Shown here in pieces: positions 1-8,631 of a DNA stretch of 64,000 bases; within the stretch, counting starts at the first letter, position 1, and each line of letters begins with the position of its first letter. Under the pieces are notes generated by a model. The model made no database searches. It was not told the DNA's origin and worked only from the letters and a program-made list of their open reading frames with translations. The position numbers were made by a program, and so were the translations under genes. Location: assembly GCA_020633495.1 (NCBI GenBank), contig JACKDR010000001.1:246105-310104 (forward strand), read 5' to 3'. This DNA comes from Kofleriaceae bacterium. GTDB lineage: Bacteria > Myxococcota_A > Polyangia > Haliangiales > Haliangiaceae.

Positions 1-633
1 CGGTGGATCTCGACGCTGTCGTAGTGGGCGACCAGCCGCAGCGGCGCGGCGATCGCGCCGGCGGCCTCGGTCGACGGGTGACCGGCCTCGTCGATCGCGA
101 TCGCGCACACCTCGAACGTCGCGCCGTCGATGACGAAGCGATCGCCCTCGCCGACGTCGCGGACCGCGGCGTCGCCGACCCGCAGCCGCCAGCCGTCGCC
201 GATCGACCACAGGTGGGCGATCGCCCCGGGCACGAAGCGCCCGGCCAGCCGCGGCGGCCGCGCCGCCACCACGCTCGACACCTGGGCCAGGGGCCGGACC
301 CCGAGGCCGGCGGCGCGCAGCGCCAGCACGCGCGCCGGGGTCACGACGTCCTCGACCGTCGCGGTGAAGCCCTCGGCGAGATCGATCGCGACGCCGCGGC
401 GCAGCCGGACCTCGCTGACGGGTCGGCCGTCGACCGCGACCAGCCGGCGCAGCGACAGCAGGAACAGCTCGCCCCGGCGCAGGCTGACCATCGCGTGGGC
501 CTCGGAGATCCGCGGATCGTCGAGCACCAGCGCCGCCGACGCGACCCGGCCCAGCAGGTCGCCGTGACCCAGCTCGGTCGTGGAGCCGTCGGGGAGCCGG
601 AGCCGGACGAACGCGCGCATCGCGGAGATCATG
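1..633 (-). CDS. FHA-domain protein, C-terminal part runs off the window
   Basis: Minus-strand frame with high GC3 (not in ORF track because it leaves the window). ATG at 633..631 gives MISAMRAFVRLRLPDGSTTELGHGDLLGRVASAALVLDDPRISEAHAMVSLRRGELFLLSL..., which resembles an FHA domain (G-R...D..VSR.HA). Lies 90 bp downstream of the EF-G paralog on the same strand. Confidence 0.45.
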
Positions 634-722
634 ACGCCCGGAACCGCGCCGCTATTGCCAGCGTCGTCGCCGAAAAAGGAACCGGGCCCGACGGACGAAC
701 CGTCGGGCCCGGGGACGACCGG

Positions 723-2753
723 TCAGGCGGCGAGGCCCGACCGTGGCGGCGCGGCGACCGCGGCGTACCGGCTCGCCTCCAGGACGAAGCGGCCGGCGCC
801 GTGGGTGAGCGCGCCGAGGGCGCCGGCGTAGCCGAACATCTCGGCCAGCGGGACCTCGGCGCGGACGACCCGGGCGCGATCGCGGACGTCGACGGCCTGG
901 ACCACGCCGCGCCGCCGGGCCAGATCGCCGAGCACCGCGCCGACCTCGACCTCGGGGCAGGTCACCTCGAGGCGCATGATCGGCTCGAGCCGGACGATCC
1001 CGACCGCCGCGGCAGCGTCGCGCAGGGCCCGGGCCCCGGCCAGCTGGAAGGCCAGCTCGCTGGAGTCCTTGACGTGGGTCGCGCCGTCGACCACGGCGAC
1101 GTGGACGTCGACCACCGGGTAGCCGTCGAGCACGCCGCCGCGCATGGCGTCGCGGACGCCGGCCTCGACCGCCGCGACGTACGGGCGCGGCACCGCGCCG
1201 CCGCGCACGCGGTCCTCGAAGACCAGCCCGGCGCCGCGCGGCGCCGGCCCGAGCTCGACGACGATCCGGGCGTACTGCCCCGGGCCGCCGGTCTGCCGGG
1301 CGTGCTCGACGTCGAGCCGGGTCGCGCCGGCGAGCGTGGTCCGGTACGCCACCGCGGGCCGGCCGATCGCGACCTGGACCCCGTGCTCGGTGGCCAGGCG
1401 CTCGGCCGCGATCTCGAGGTGCAGCTGGCCCATGCCGGCCAGCAAGGTCTGGCCGGTCTCGGGCTCGCTCTCGAGCCGCAGCGACGGGTCCGCCGCGATC
1501 ATCCGCGCCAGCGCGAGCGGCAGGCGCTCGCGATCGTCGCCGGTGACCGGCTCGACCGCGACCCGCACCACCGGCTCCGGCGTCGCGATCGCCTCGAGGA
1601 CGATCGGCTGCGCCGGCGCCGACAGCGTGTCGCCGCCGGTGATCGGCACCGCCAGGATCGCGCCCAGCTCGCCGGCCTCGAGCCGGTCGACGTCCTCGCG
1701 CTGGTCCGCGAACATGCGGACCAGGCGACCGACCCGCACGGTCCGGCCACCGCGGGCCAGGCGGACCTGGGCGCCGCGCGCCAGCACGCCGCTGTACACG
1801 CGCACGAACGTCAGCTGGCCGTGGCGATCGAAGACGACCTTGAACGCCAGCGCCGCCAGCGGCGCCGCCGCGTCGGGTGGACGGGCGCCGCCGTCGACGC
1901 CGTGGACGTCGCCGCGATCGCGCGGCGACGGCAGCAACGCCACGACCGCGTCGAGCAGCGGCTGGACGCCGACGTCCTTGTACGCGGCGCCGCACGCGAC
2001 GGGTACCACGCGACCGGCCAGGGTCGCGCGGCGCAGCGCCGCCCACAGCGTCGCCGAGGTGACCTCGCGGCCCTCGATCAGGGCCTCGAGGACCGCGGGA
2101 TCCTCGTCGGCGCAGGCGTCGAGGAGGCGCTCGCGCGCCGCCATCAGGTTGTCAGAGAGCTCGGTCGCCGGCCGGCGCTGATCGCCGCCGCCGGGATCCC
2201 AGCGCCGCTCCTCGAGCGCGACCAGATCGATCACGCCGACGAGGACGCCGTCGACCACGTGCGGCCACGTCACCGCCACCGCGCGCGCGCCGAGGCGCGC
2301 GTCGACCTCGCGCAGACAGCGCGCCAGGTCGGCCCCGGGGCGGTCCAGCTTGTTGACGAACACCAGGCGCGGCACGCCGTGGCGATCGGCCTGGCGCCAC
2401 ACCGTCTCGGTCTGGGCCTCGACCCCGGAGACCGCGTCGAGCACGACGACCGCGCCGTCGAGGACGCGGAGCGAGCGCTCGACCTCGATCGTGAAGTCGG
2501 CGTGGCCCGGGGTGTCGATCAGGTGGAGGCGGTGGTCGCGCCAGTCGCAGCTCACCGCCGCCGCCATGATCGTGATGCCCTTGGCCTGCTCGATCGGGTG
2601 GTGGTCGGTGTGGGCGGTGCCGTCGTGGACCTCGCCGGCGGCGTGGATGCGACCGGTGAACAGCAGGACCCGCTCGGTGAGCGTGGTCTTGCCGGCGTCG
2701 ACGTGGGCGATGATGCCGAGGTTGCGGATGCGTTCGATGGGTAAGCGGGTCAT
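723..2753 (-). CDS. Elongation factor G family GTPase (EF-G paralog, not in an rpsL-rpsG-fusA context)
   Basis: 676 aa. N-terminus MTRLPIERIRNLGIIAHVDAGKTTLTERVLLFTGRI...AKGITI (G1/G2 motifs of EF-G/EF-2 translational GTPases), with domains II-V following. The usual TMDWMEQE segment reads HTDHHPIEQ, suggesting an EF-G2-like paralog. Confidence 0.85.
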   Translation of the reverse strand: MTRLPIERIRNLGIIAHVDAGKTTLTERVLLFTGRIHAAGEVHDGTAHTDHHPIEQAKGITIMAAAVSCDWRDHRLHLIDTPGHADFTIEVERSLRVLDGAVVVLDAVSGVEAQTETVWRQADRHGVPRLVFVNKLDRPGADLARCLREVDARLGARAVAVTWPHVVDGVLVGVIDLVALEERRWDPGGGDQRRPATELSDNLMAARERLLDACADEDPAVLEALIEGREVTSATLWAALRRATLAGRVVPVACGAAYKDVGVQPLLDAVVALLPSPRDRGDVHGVDGGARPPDAAAPLAALAFKVVFDRHGQLTFVRVYSGVLARGAQVRLARGGRTVRVGRLVRMFADQREDVDRLEAGELGAILAVPITGGDTLSAPAQPIVLEAIATPEPVVRVAVEPVTGDDRERLPLALARMIAADPSLRLESEPETGQTLLAGMGQLHLEIAAERLATEHGVQVAIGRPAVAYRTTLAGATRLDVEHARQTGGPGQYARIVVELGPAPRGAGLVFEDRVRGGAVPRPYVAAVEAGVRDAMRGGVLDGYPVVDVHVAVVDGATHVKDSSELAFQLAGARALRDAAAAVGIVRLEPIMRLEVTCPEVEVGAVLGDLARRRGVVQAVDVRDRARVVRAEVPLAEMFGYAGALGALTHGAGRFVLEASRYAAVAAPPRSGLAA

Positions 2754-3145
2754 GACGATCTCCGGGCAGACGGATGCCGTCCCGCCGAGCCGGCAGGGCT
2801 CGCGCGGTCGCGGGGCGGCGTGGGGTGTGCGGCGCGCGCGGCGAGGCCGCGGCGCGTCACCCGCGTCGGCGCATCCCCGGCGTCACGGCACGCGACCGCG
2901 ACGCGAGGTCAGGACAGCGCCGGCGCGGGTGCGCCAGTCGCCGGCGTGAAGCACAGCTGCGCGTAGTCGCACGTGCGGACGCACGCGCGCTCGGCGGAGG
3001 CGAGCCGCCGATCGAACCGCGAGATGTGCCGTGACCACGTCATGGGCCTGGGGTGCAAATAGGGCATGCTCGACGCGGTTGTCAACGCCGACCTCGCAGC
3101 GCCGCGTGGTTGCTGGGAAACCGACGACGCACACTGGTGTCCAAC

Positions 3146-3730
3146 ATGGTGATGAAGCCGCACGCCTCCCTGCCCGCCCCCATCGCCGGCGCCGCCGCCG
3201 TCGTGATCGCCCTCGCCCTCGCGGCCTGCCCCGGCCCGGGGGCGCCCGGCGGCGCCGCGACCGCACCACCCGCGCCCGCCGCGCCGTCCAACCACGGCGG
3301 CGATCCCGACAGCCACACCCTGCTGGCCAGCCTGAGCCGCGGCGCCTGCTACGGCTGGTGCCCGGTCTACGAGGTGCGCGTCTACGCCGACGGCTCGGTC
3401 GAGTACCACGGCGACGACTTCGTCAAGGTCCAGGGCGACGCCACCGCGACCCTGGCCCCGGATCAGCGCAAGGCCATCGAGGAGCTGTTCATGGGCCACG
3501 GCTACTTCGACCTCGCCGACGCCTACACCGACGTCGACTGGACCGACGCGCCGTCGTCGACGACGTCGTTCCACCTCGACGGCCGCGACAAGACGATCCG
3601 TCACTACCACGGCGACCAGGACGCGCCCGCCGCGCTGTCCGAGATCGAGGACGGCCTCGACCAGATCGTCGGCATCGAGCGCTGGATCGGCACCGAGCAG
3701 GAGCGCCGCGACCACAAGGGCCGCTGGTAG
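3146..3730 (+). CDS. Hypothetical lipoprotein (GCYGWCPVYEVRVYADGSVEYHG motif)
   Basis: ORF 3053..3730. Best start at the ATG at 3146 (MVMKPHASLPAPIAGAAAVVIALALAAC, lipobox LAAC). Pro/Ala-rich linker, then a conserved-looking C-terminal domain. Confidence 0.5.
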   Translation: MVMKPHASLPAPIAGAAAVVIALALAACPGPGAPGGAATAPPAPAAPSNHGGDPDSHTLLASLSRGACYGWCPVYEVRVYADGSVEYHGDDFVKVQGDATATLAPDQRKAIEELFMGHGYFDLADAYTDVDWTDAPSSTTSFHLDGRDKTIRHYHGDQDAPAALSEIEDGLDQIVGIERWIGTEQERRDHKGRW

Positions 3731-3751
3731 CGCCCGGCCGGGGCGGCGCGG

Positions 3752-5812
3752 CTACTTCGCGACCGGCGCGAAGGTGTAGACGTGCTGCCCGGCGTCGAGG
3801 ATGAGCGGCGCGCGGCCGTCGTCGCCCGGCTCGCCGGGGCGCAAGGTCAGGCCGGCCAGCGGCGCGCGGGTCGTGATCAGCTGTGACACGCCGTCCTTGC
3901 CGACCAGCTGGGTGACCTCGCTCTGCCACTCGCCGGCGTCGAGGAGGAAGACCTTGCCCTTGCGCGTGATCTCGATGCGCCCGAGCCCGGGATCGACGTA
4001 GGCGCCCAGGCGCGCGGTCAGCCAGGCGTCATCGGGCGGCTCGGGCAGCTGCGTCTTCAGGTCGGCGAGGGACTCGCGCTGGCGATCCAGCGCCGCGTGC
4101 AGCTCGTCGCTGGCGCGGGCCTCACCGTCGAAGGCGATCTCGAGGAAGCGGCGCCGCACCGCGCCGCGGTAGGCGTTGGCGCCGCCGCCGTTGGTCAGGA
4201 GCACGACGCCGACGTCCTGCTCCGGCAGCATGAACATGTCGGCGGTGAAGCCGAGGGTGTTGCCGCCGTGGTGGACGATCTGCACGCCATGGTCGTTGGA
4301 CAGGAACAGGCCGAGCCCGTAGCTGTCGTCGTCGTTGATCTTGACCTGCGGCTCGCGCCGGTGCAGCAGGTTGGCCTCGGTGACCAGCTGCTTGCCGTCG
4401 GGCGTCTTGCCGCGCGCCAGCTCGAGCTCCATGAACCGGGCCATGTCGCGCACGCTCGACCACGCGGCGCCGGCCGGGCGGAGCGGCACCAGCGCGGTCT
4501 CGGCCGCGACCGGGATCGCGCCGTACTCGAGCGTCAGGCCGCGGCTGTGCGGCCCCGCGTGATCCGCCTTGGCGACCTTCTTGAAGTCGAACGTCGTCGA
4601 CTTCATCCCGAGCGGCTTGAACACCAGCGTCGCCATCGCGTCGTCGTAGGCGGGCCCGAGCTTCTTCTTGGGCGCCCACGCGTGGGCGCCGACGTAGCCG
4701 CCCGTCGCGACCAGCAGGTTGGAGTACTGGAAGGTCTCGCCGAAGCCGGTGGTCGGCACCATCGTCTTCATGCTGGCGAGGCGACGCTCGGCGTCCCAGC
4801 CCGCGTACTCGAAGATGAACTCGAGATCCTGGCGCGGCATGCCGGTGCACGCGCAGATCGTGTGGTGCAGCTGCAGCTGCTGGGTCATCGCGGCGTCGCC
4901 GAGCGCGAAGTCGGGCAGGACGTCGGTCACCGGCGTGTCCCAGGCCAGCTTGCCCTGGTCGACCAGCCTCGCCAGCATCAGCGTGGTCAGCGACTTGGTC
5001 GTCGAGCCGATCATGAACAGCGTCGAGGGATCGACCTTGTCCTTCTTGCCGAGAACCCGCACGCCGTGGCCGGCCTCGAGCACGATCTTGCCGCCGTGTA
5101 CCACCGCGATGGCCGCGCCGGGGACGCCGGCGAGCTGCCGCGCGTCCTCGACGAAGGCGTCGAACCGGGCGAGGTGGTCGGCGTCGAGGTTGGCGGGCTT
5201 GCCGGCGAACGACTCCTGGTCGACCCCCGGCACCTTCATGTCGAGGATGAGCGAGCCCAGCTGGGCGCCGCGGCGATCGATCGCGGCCTGCTCGCCCTGG
5301 ATCAGCACGATGTGCCAGACGGTGCCCTTGCGGCGCGCCACCGCCACCACGTCGCGGTGCTCGGCGGCGGGCGTGACGTAGATGATCTGGGCCACCTGGT
5401 CCCAGCCGTCGGTCGCCGGCAGGTCCACGGCCTGGTCGACCGCGAGCGAGAACGCGGGATCGACGACCAGCCAGGCGGCGGCGACCGCGGCGTCGCGATC
5501 CTTGGCCTCGAGCGCGAGCAGCGCCACGTGCAGGTCGCGCTCGGGATCGTCGACGCGCACCACGCCAGCGGCCTCGGCGACGAACCACGCGGCCGGGATC
5601 GTGACGATGGCCTGCCACGACGTCGTGATCGGGGTGTCGGCGTCGACCTGACGGTACGTCGGCCCCGCCGGCGTCACCGGCGGCGCGTCGACATCGGCGA
5701 CGGGCGCGACCGGCGTCGGGTCGACCGGGCGCGGCGAGGTGCCGCCGCCACACGAGATCAACAGGGCGGCCAGCCCGAGGGCGGTCGTGCGACGCGCTGG
5801 GTGCGTGTTCAT
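3752..5812 (-). CDS. Serine hydrolase of the beta-lactamase / penicillin-binding-protein (class C-like) family, lipoprotein
   Basis: 686 aa. Signal plus lipobox (LLISCGGG). Beta-lactamase-fold SxxK motif in ...STLFMIGSTTKSLTTLMLARLVDQGKL. Long N-terminal extension domain. Confidence 0.8.
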   Translation of the reverse strand: MNTHPARRTTALGLAALLISCGGGTSPRPVDPTPVAPVADVDAPPVTPAGPTYRQVDADTPITTSWQAIVTIPAAWFVAEAAGVVRVDDPERDLHVALLALEAKDRDAAVAAAWLVVDPAFSLAVDQAVDLPATDGWDQVAQIIYVTPAAEHRDVVAVARRKGTVWHIVLIQGEQAAIDRRGAQLGSLILDMKVPGVDQESFAGKPANLDADHLARFDAFVEDARQLAGVPGAAIAVVHGGKIVLEAGHGVRVLGKKDKVDPSTLFMIGSTTKSLTTLMLARLVDQGKLAWDTPVTDVLPDFALGDAAMTQQLQLHHTICACTGMPRQDLEFIFEYAGWDAERRLASMKTMVPTTGFGETFQYSNLLVATGGYVGAHAWAPKKKLGPAYDDAMATLVFKPLGMKSTTFDFKKVAKADHAGPHSRGLTLEYGAIPVAAETALVPLRPAGAAWSSVRDMARFMELELARGKTPDGKQLVTEANLLHRREPQVKINDDDSYGLGLFLSNDHGVQIVHHGGNTLGFTADMFMLPEQDVGVVLLTNGGGANAYRGAVRRRFLEIAFDGEARASDELHAALDRQRESLADLKTQLPEPPDDAWLTARLGAYVDPGLGRIEITRKGKVFLLDAGEWQSEVTQLVGKDGVSQLITTRAPLAGLTLRPGEPGDDGRAPLILDAGQHVYTFAPVAK

Positions 5813-5888
5813 GCGCAGTCATCCAACGGATCGGTCACGCCGTCAAGGCGACGGTCAGGGCGCGCCGGTCGTGTACGCTGCGCTCCAG

Positions 5889-6398
5889 ATGATGCCCTCC
5901 ATGAAGACGTCCGCGAGCGTGCTCGCGATCGCCCTGCTCGCCGCCACCGCGGCGTGCACCTCCTCGACGCCCGCCGCGGCCCCGGCGCACCCGGGCGACG
6001 GCACGACGCTCGCCGTCGGCGGCGCCGCGGATCCGACGCCGACCGGGCCGACCTGCGACGACGCCGGCCGCCACGCCGCCGAGCTCAGCGCCGAGGATGG
6101 CGAGCTCACGCCGGCCGAGCTCGACGCCCTGCACAGCGCGGTGACCTCCGCCTGCCAGGAGGACGCCTGGTCGGCCGAGCTGATCCGGTGCCTCGCCGAG
6201 GCCACCCCCCAGGGCAGCAACGACTGCGCGGCCAACCTGTCCGAGGCGCAGCAGAACGGGCTCATGCGCCGGATGATGCCGATCATCCAGAACCACGTCC
6301 CCGCCGCCGGCGCCACCGGCGCCTCGGACGACATGGAAGGTGGCACCGGCACCCGCAAGACCGAGGAGGCCGCCGATCCCTGCGAGGGCGGCGAGTAG
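5889..6398 (+). CDS. Small secreted 4-Cys lipoprotein, paralog family member A
   Basis: ORF 5739..6398; internal start MMPSMKTSASVLAIALLAATAAC (lipobox). Conserved with the 6513..7010 and 46272..46697 proteins: GPTCDDAGR, TSACQEDAWSAELIRCLAEAT, LSEAQQNGLMRRMMPI, C-terminal DPCEGGE. Confidence 0.55.
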   Translation: MMPSMKTSASVLAIALLAATAACTSSTPAAAPAHPGDGTTLAVGGAADPTPTGPTCDDAGRHAAELSAEDGELTPAELDALHSAVTSACQEDAWSAELIRCLAEATPQGSNDCAANLSEAQQNGLMRRMMPIIQNHVPAAGATGASDDMEGGTGTRKTEEAADPCEGGE

Positions 6399-6512
6399 CC
6401 CGCGACGGCGCCGTCGCCGCCTGTCGTCGGGCCCTGAAGGGCCGTACGCGCGCCATCGTGGGGATCACGGCGCACGGCACCGCCGCGTGCCCTCGTGTAC
6501 GATCCTCGGCAG

Positions 6513-7010
6513 ATGCCGCACGCTTCGCAGCCGTTCCCGTCCACGCTCACGCTCGCCCTGATCGCCGCGGCCGCCGCCGCGGCGGGCTGCGCCACCCGGT
6601 CCGCCGCCGCGCCGCGCGGGCCCGGTGACGCCGCCGGTGGAGGCGCGACGGCGAACGCCGGCCCGACCTGCGACGACGCCGGCCGCAACGCCGCGGCGCA
6701 GACCGGCAAGACCGACACGACCGGCATGTCGATGGACCAGCTCGACGCCGTCGGCGTCGCGGTCGCGACGGCGTGCGCCGAGGACGGCTGGTCCGCGGAC
6801 CAGATCCGGTGCATGGCCGAGGCCACCGCCGACGGCGGCACGGCGTGCTTCGACAAGCTGTCGGAGGCGCAGCGGAACGGGCTGGTCGAGCGGATGATGC
6901 CGATCTACGACGGCCACGGGGCCCCGGCCGGCGCCGACGGCGACGTCGACGCCGAGAGCGAGGACGCGGCCGACGACCTCGCGTCCGATCCCTGCGAGGG
7001 CGGCGAGTAG
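6513..7010 (+). CDS. Small secreted 4-Cys lipoprotein, paralog family member B (tandem to A)
   Basis: ORF 6495..7010. Start MPHASQPFPSTLTLALIAAAAAAAGC. Shares GPTCDDAGRNAA, ATACAEDGWSADQIRCMAEAT, LSEAQRNGLVERMMPI and DPCEGGE with member A. Confidence 0.55.
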   Translation: MPHASQPFPSTLTLALIAAAAAAAGCATRSAAAPRGPGDAAGGGATANAGPTCDDAGRNAAAQTGKTDTTGMSMDQLDAVGVAVATACAEDGWSADQIRCMAEATADGGTACFDKLSEAQRNGLVERMMPIYDGHGAPAGADGDVDAESEDAADDLASDPCEGGE

Positions 7011-7082
7011 TCGCCGCGGCGCACGCCACGGCGCGGAGGGCTCGCAGCGCCTGCACGGCGACCGCCTGGCGCAGACGCGCGC

Positions 7083-8420
7083 TCAGTCGACGACGTCGAG
7101 CGGGCGCGCCCGGAGCGCCCGCTGCGACAGCCCGTGCTGATGGACCTGGTACCGCCAGCCGAGATCGCCGATGAGCCGGTAGGCGACGTCGGGCAGCGGC
7201 GAGCGCGCCATCAGCCGCAGCGCTGCGCCCGGGACGACGTCGCCGCCGGCCAGCGGCGTCGCCGCGGCGACCAGCGCCTGGTGGACGTGCGCGGCCGGCC
7301 CGTGCTGCTCGTCGAGCGGGACGTCGGGCTTGACCACGCCGCCGCCGCCGAGCGGCAGGCCGCCGGCCCAGTGGTAGCGGGCCTGGGTCGCGAAGTGGTG
7401 CGCGATCCGCATCGCGGTGCGGGTCTGCTCGGGCTCCGGGAAGCCGCAGTTCACGACCGCCACGAAGCGCGCCGGCGGCGCGCTCGCGGCGCGCTCGCGG
7501 GCGACCAGCTCGAGCGCGTGGGTGGCCAGCGCCGGCAGCGCGTCGACGTACAGCGGCGTCACCATCACGAACAGATCGGCGTCGGCGATCGAGCGCGCGG
7601 CGGCGCGGGCGCGCCCGCGGTCGTGGATGAACTCGGTGGCGAAGTGCAGCTCGGCCTCGACGCCCTGGCACTGCAGCAGATCGCCGAGGTCGCGGGCGAT
7701 CCGCTCGGACGCGCTGGTGCCCTTGATCTTGGCGCTGCCGACGACGAGCGCGACCCGGCGGGTCGGCACCGGCGGATCGAGCAGTGGCGTCGGGCGGGCC
7801 GCGACGAACAGCGCGTCGCGCAGCGGATCGCGGCCGTGGATCGACGTCCCGGGGCGGGTCTCGGAGGCGAGCATGGCGCGGATCGCGGCGGGCCAGTCGT
7901 CGCGCGCGGTGTCGTCGACGACCGCGGAGCCGACCCGCGCCGCGAGCATGTTGAGCGCGTTGGCGTCGGCGAGGTCGTGCCAGGTCCGCGCCTGCGCCAG
8001 ATCCGGCGCCGGCAGCCAGCCGAGCGCGTAGAGGTCGGCGGCGTGGTCGTAGCGGTGGCCGTGGTGGGTCAGCCCGGCGCGCTTCTCGAAGAACGGCGTC
8101 AGCAGGCAGATCAGCCGGTCCTGGGCCCGCTTGAGCGTGTAGCCGTGACCGCCGAACGTCACCGCGTCGAGCAGCACGACGCGATCGGCGTCGTGGATCG
8201 CGCGCACGATGTCCTGCTCGGCGTCGTGCGCCCGGCACACCCCCGGGGTCTTGACCCAGCAGTCGAACTCCCCCTGGCAGTACGCCAGCTCCAGCGCGGC
8301 GAGCTCGAAGGTGCGGACCTCGCCGGGCCACACCCAGCGCAGCTCGTCCTCGAGCACGGCGCCCAGCGCCTGCAACGATGGCGTGGCCGCCGAGGCGGCC
8401 GACAGGATCACGGTGCCCAT
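7083..8420 (-). CDS. Tandem flavodoxin-like NAD(P)H-dependent FMN reductase family protein, N-terminal half carrying a Cys cluster
   Basis: ORF 7083..8606. The upstream part is R-rich junk, and the first plausible start is MGTVILSAASAATPSLQ (cat at 8418..8420). Two flavodoxin-like halves (MGTVILSAAS...; RRVALVVGSAKIKGTSASERIARDL...FVMVTPLY). First half contains CQGEFDCWVKTPGVC (Cx5Cx7C), reminiscent of iron-sulfur flavoproteins. Confidence 0.6.
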   Translation of the reverse strand: MGTVILSAASAATPSLQALGAVLEDELRWVWPGEVRTFELAALELAYCQGEFDCWVKTPGVCRAHDAEQDIVRAIHDADRVVLLDAVTFGGHGYTLKRAQDRLICLLTPFFEKRAGLTHHGHRYDHAADLYALGWLPAPDLAQARTWHDLADANALNMLAARVGSAVVDDTARDDWPAAIRAMLASETRPGTSIHGRDPLRDALFVAARPTPLLDPPVPTRRVALVVGSAKIKGTSASERIARDLGDLLQCQGVEAELHFATEFIHDRGRARAAARSIADADLFVMVTPLYVDALPALATHALELVARERAASAPPARFVAVVNCGFPEPEQTRTAMRIAHHFATQARYHWAGGLPLGGGGVVKPDVPLDEQHGPAAHVHQALVAAATPLAGGDVVPGAALRLMARSPLPDVAYRLIGDLGWRYQVHQHGLSQRALRARPLDVVD

Positions 8421-8631
8421 GGCCGGTCCAGAAGCACCATCCGTGCCGGCGGGCGCCCGGTGACGGCCGCGTCGCAGCCGGTCCGGCGACGCAAGTCCTG
8501 CGACGGCCAGCGATATCCGCGACCTCGCGGCGGGGCCGCGCGCCGGGGCGGCGGCGCGCCGAGCGGATCGCGTCAACTCTGCGGAACCGGCCGCGCGGCG
8601 CGACAAGGCTGCGCGGGGCCGCCGCCGCGGC

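Noticed and set aside
3-2744. 913-aa plus-strand ORF rich in D/R/A/G covering the EF-G locus
   Set aside because: Antisense shadow ORF, typical of ~74% GC DNA. It has low-complexity composition and no motifs. The opposite strand encodes a clear EF-G with G-domain motifs.
2754-3145. Possible small gene or regulatory RNA in the 390-bp gap after the EF-G paralog
   Set aside because: No convincing ORF with start context, and no recognisable riboswitch-like conserved stem pattern by eye. Left unannotated.
4097-6628. 843-aa plus-strand ORF, plus the 566-aa ORF 4122..5822 (-)
   Set aside because: Both overlap the well-supported beta-lactamase-family gene (3752..5812) and the small lipoprotein genes in other frames. 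Arg/Gly-rich low complexity.
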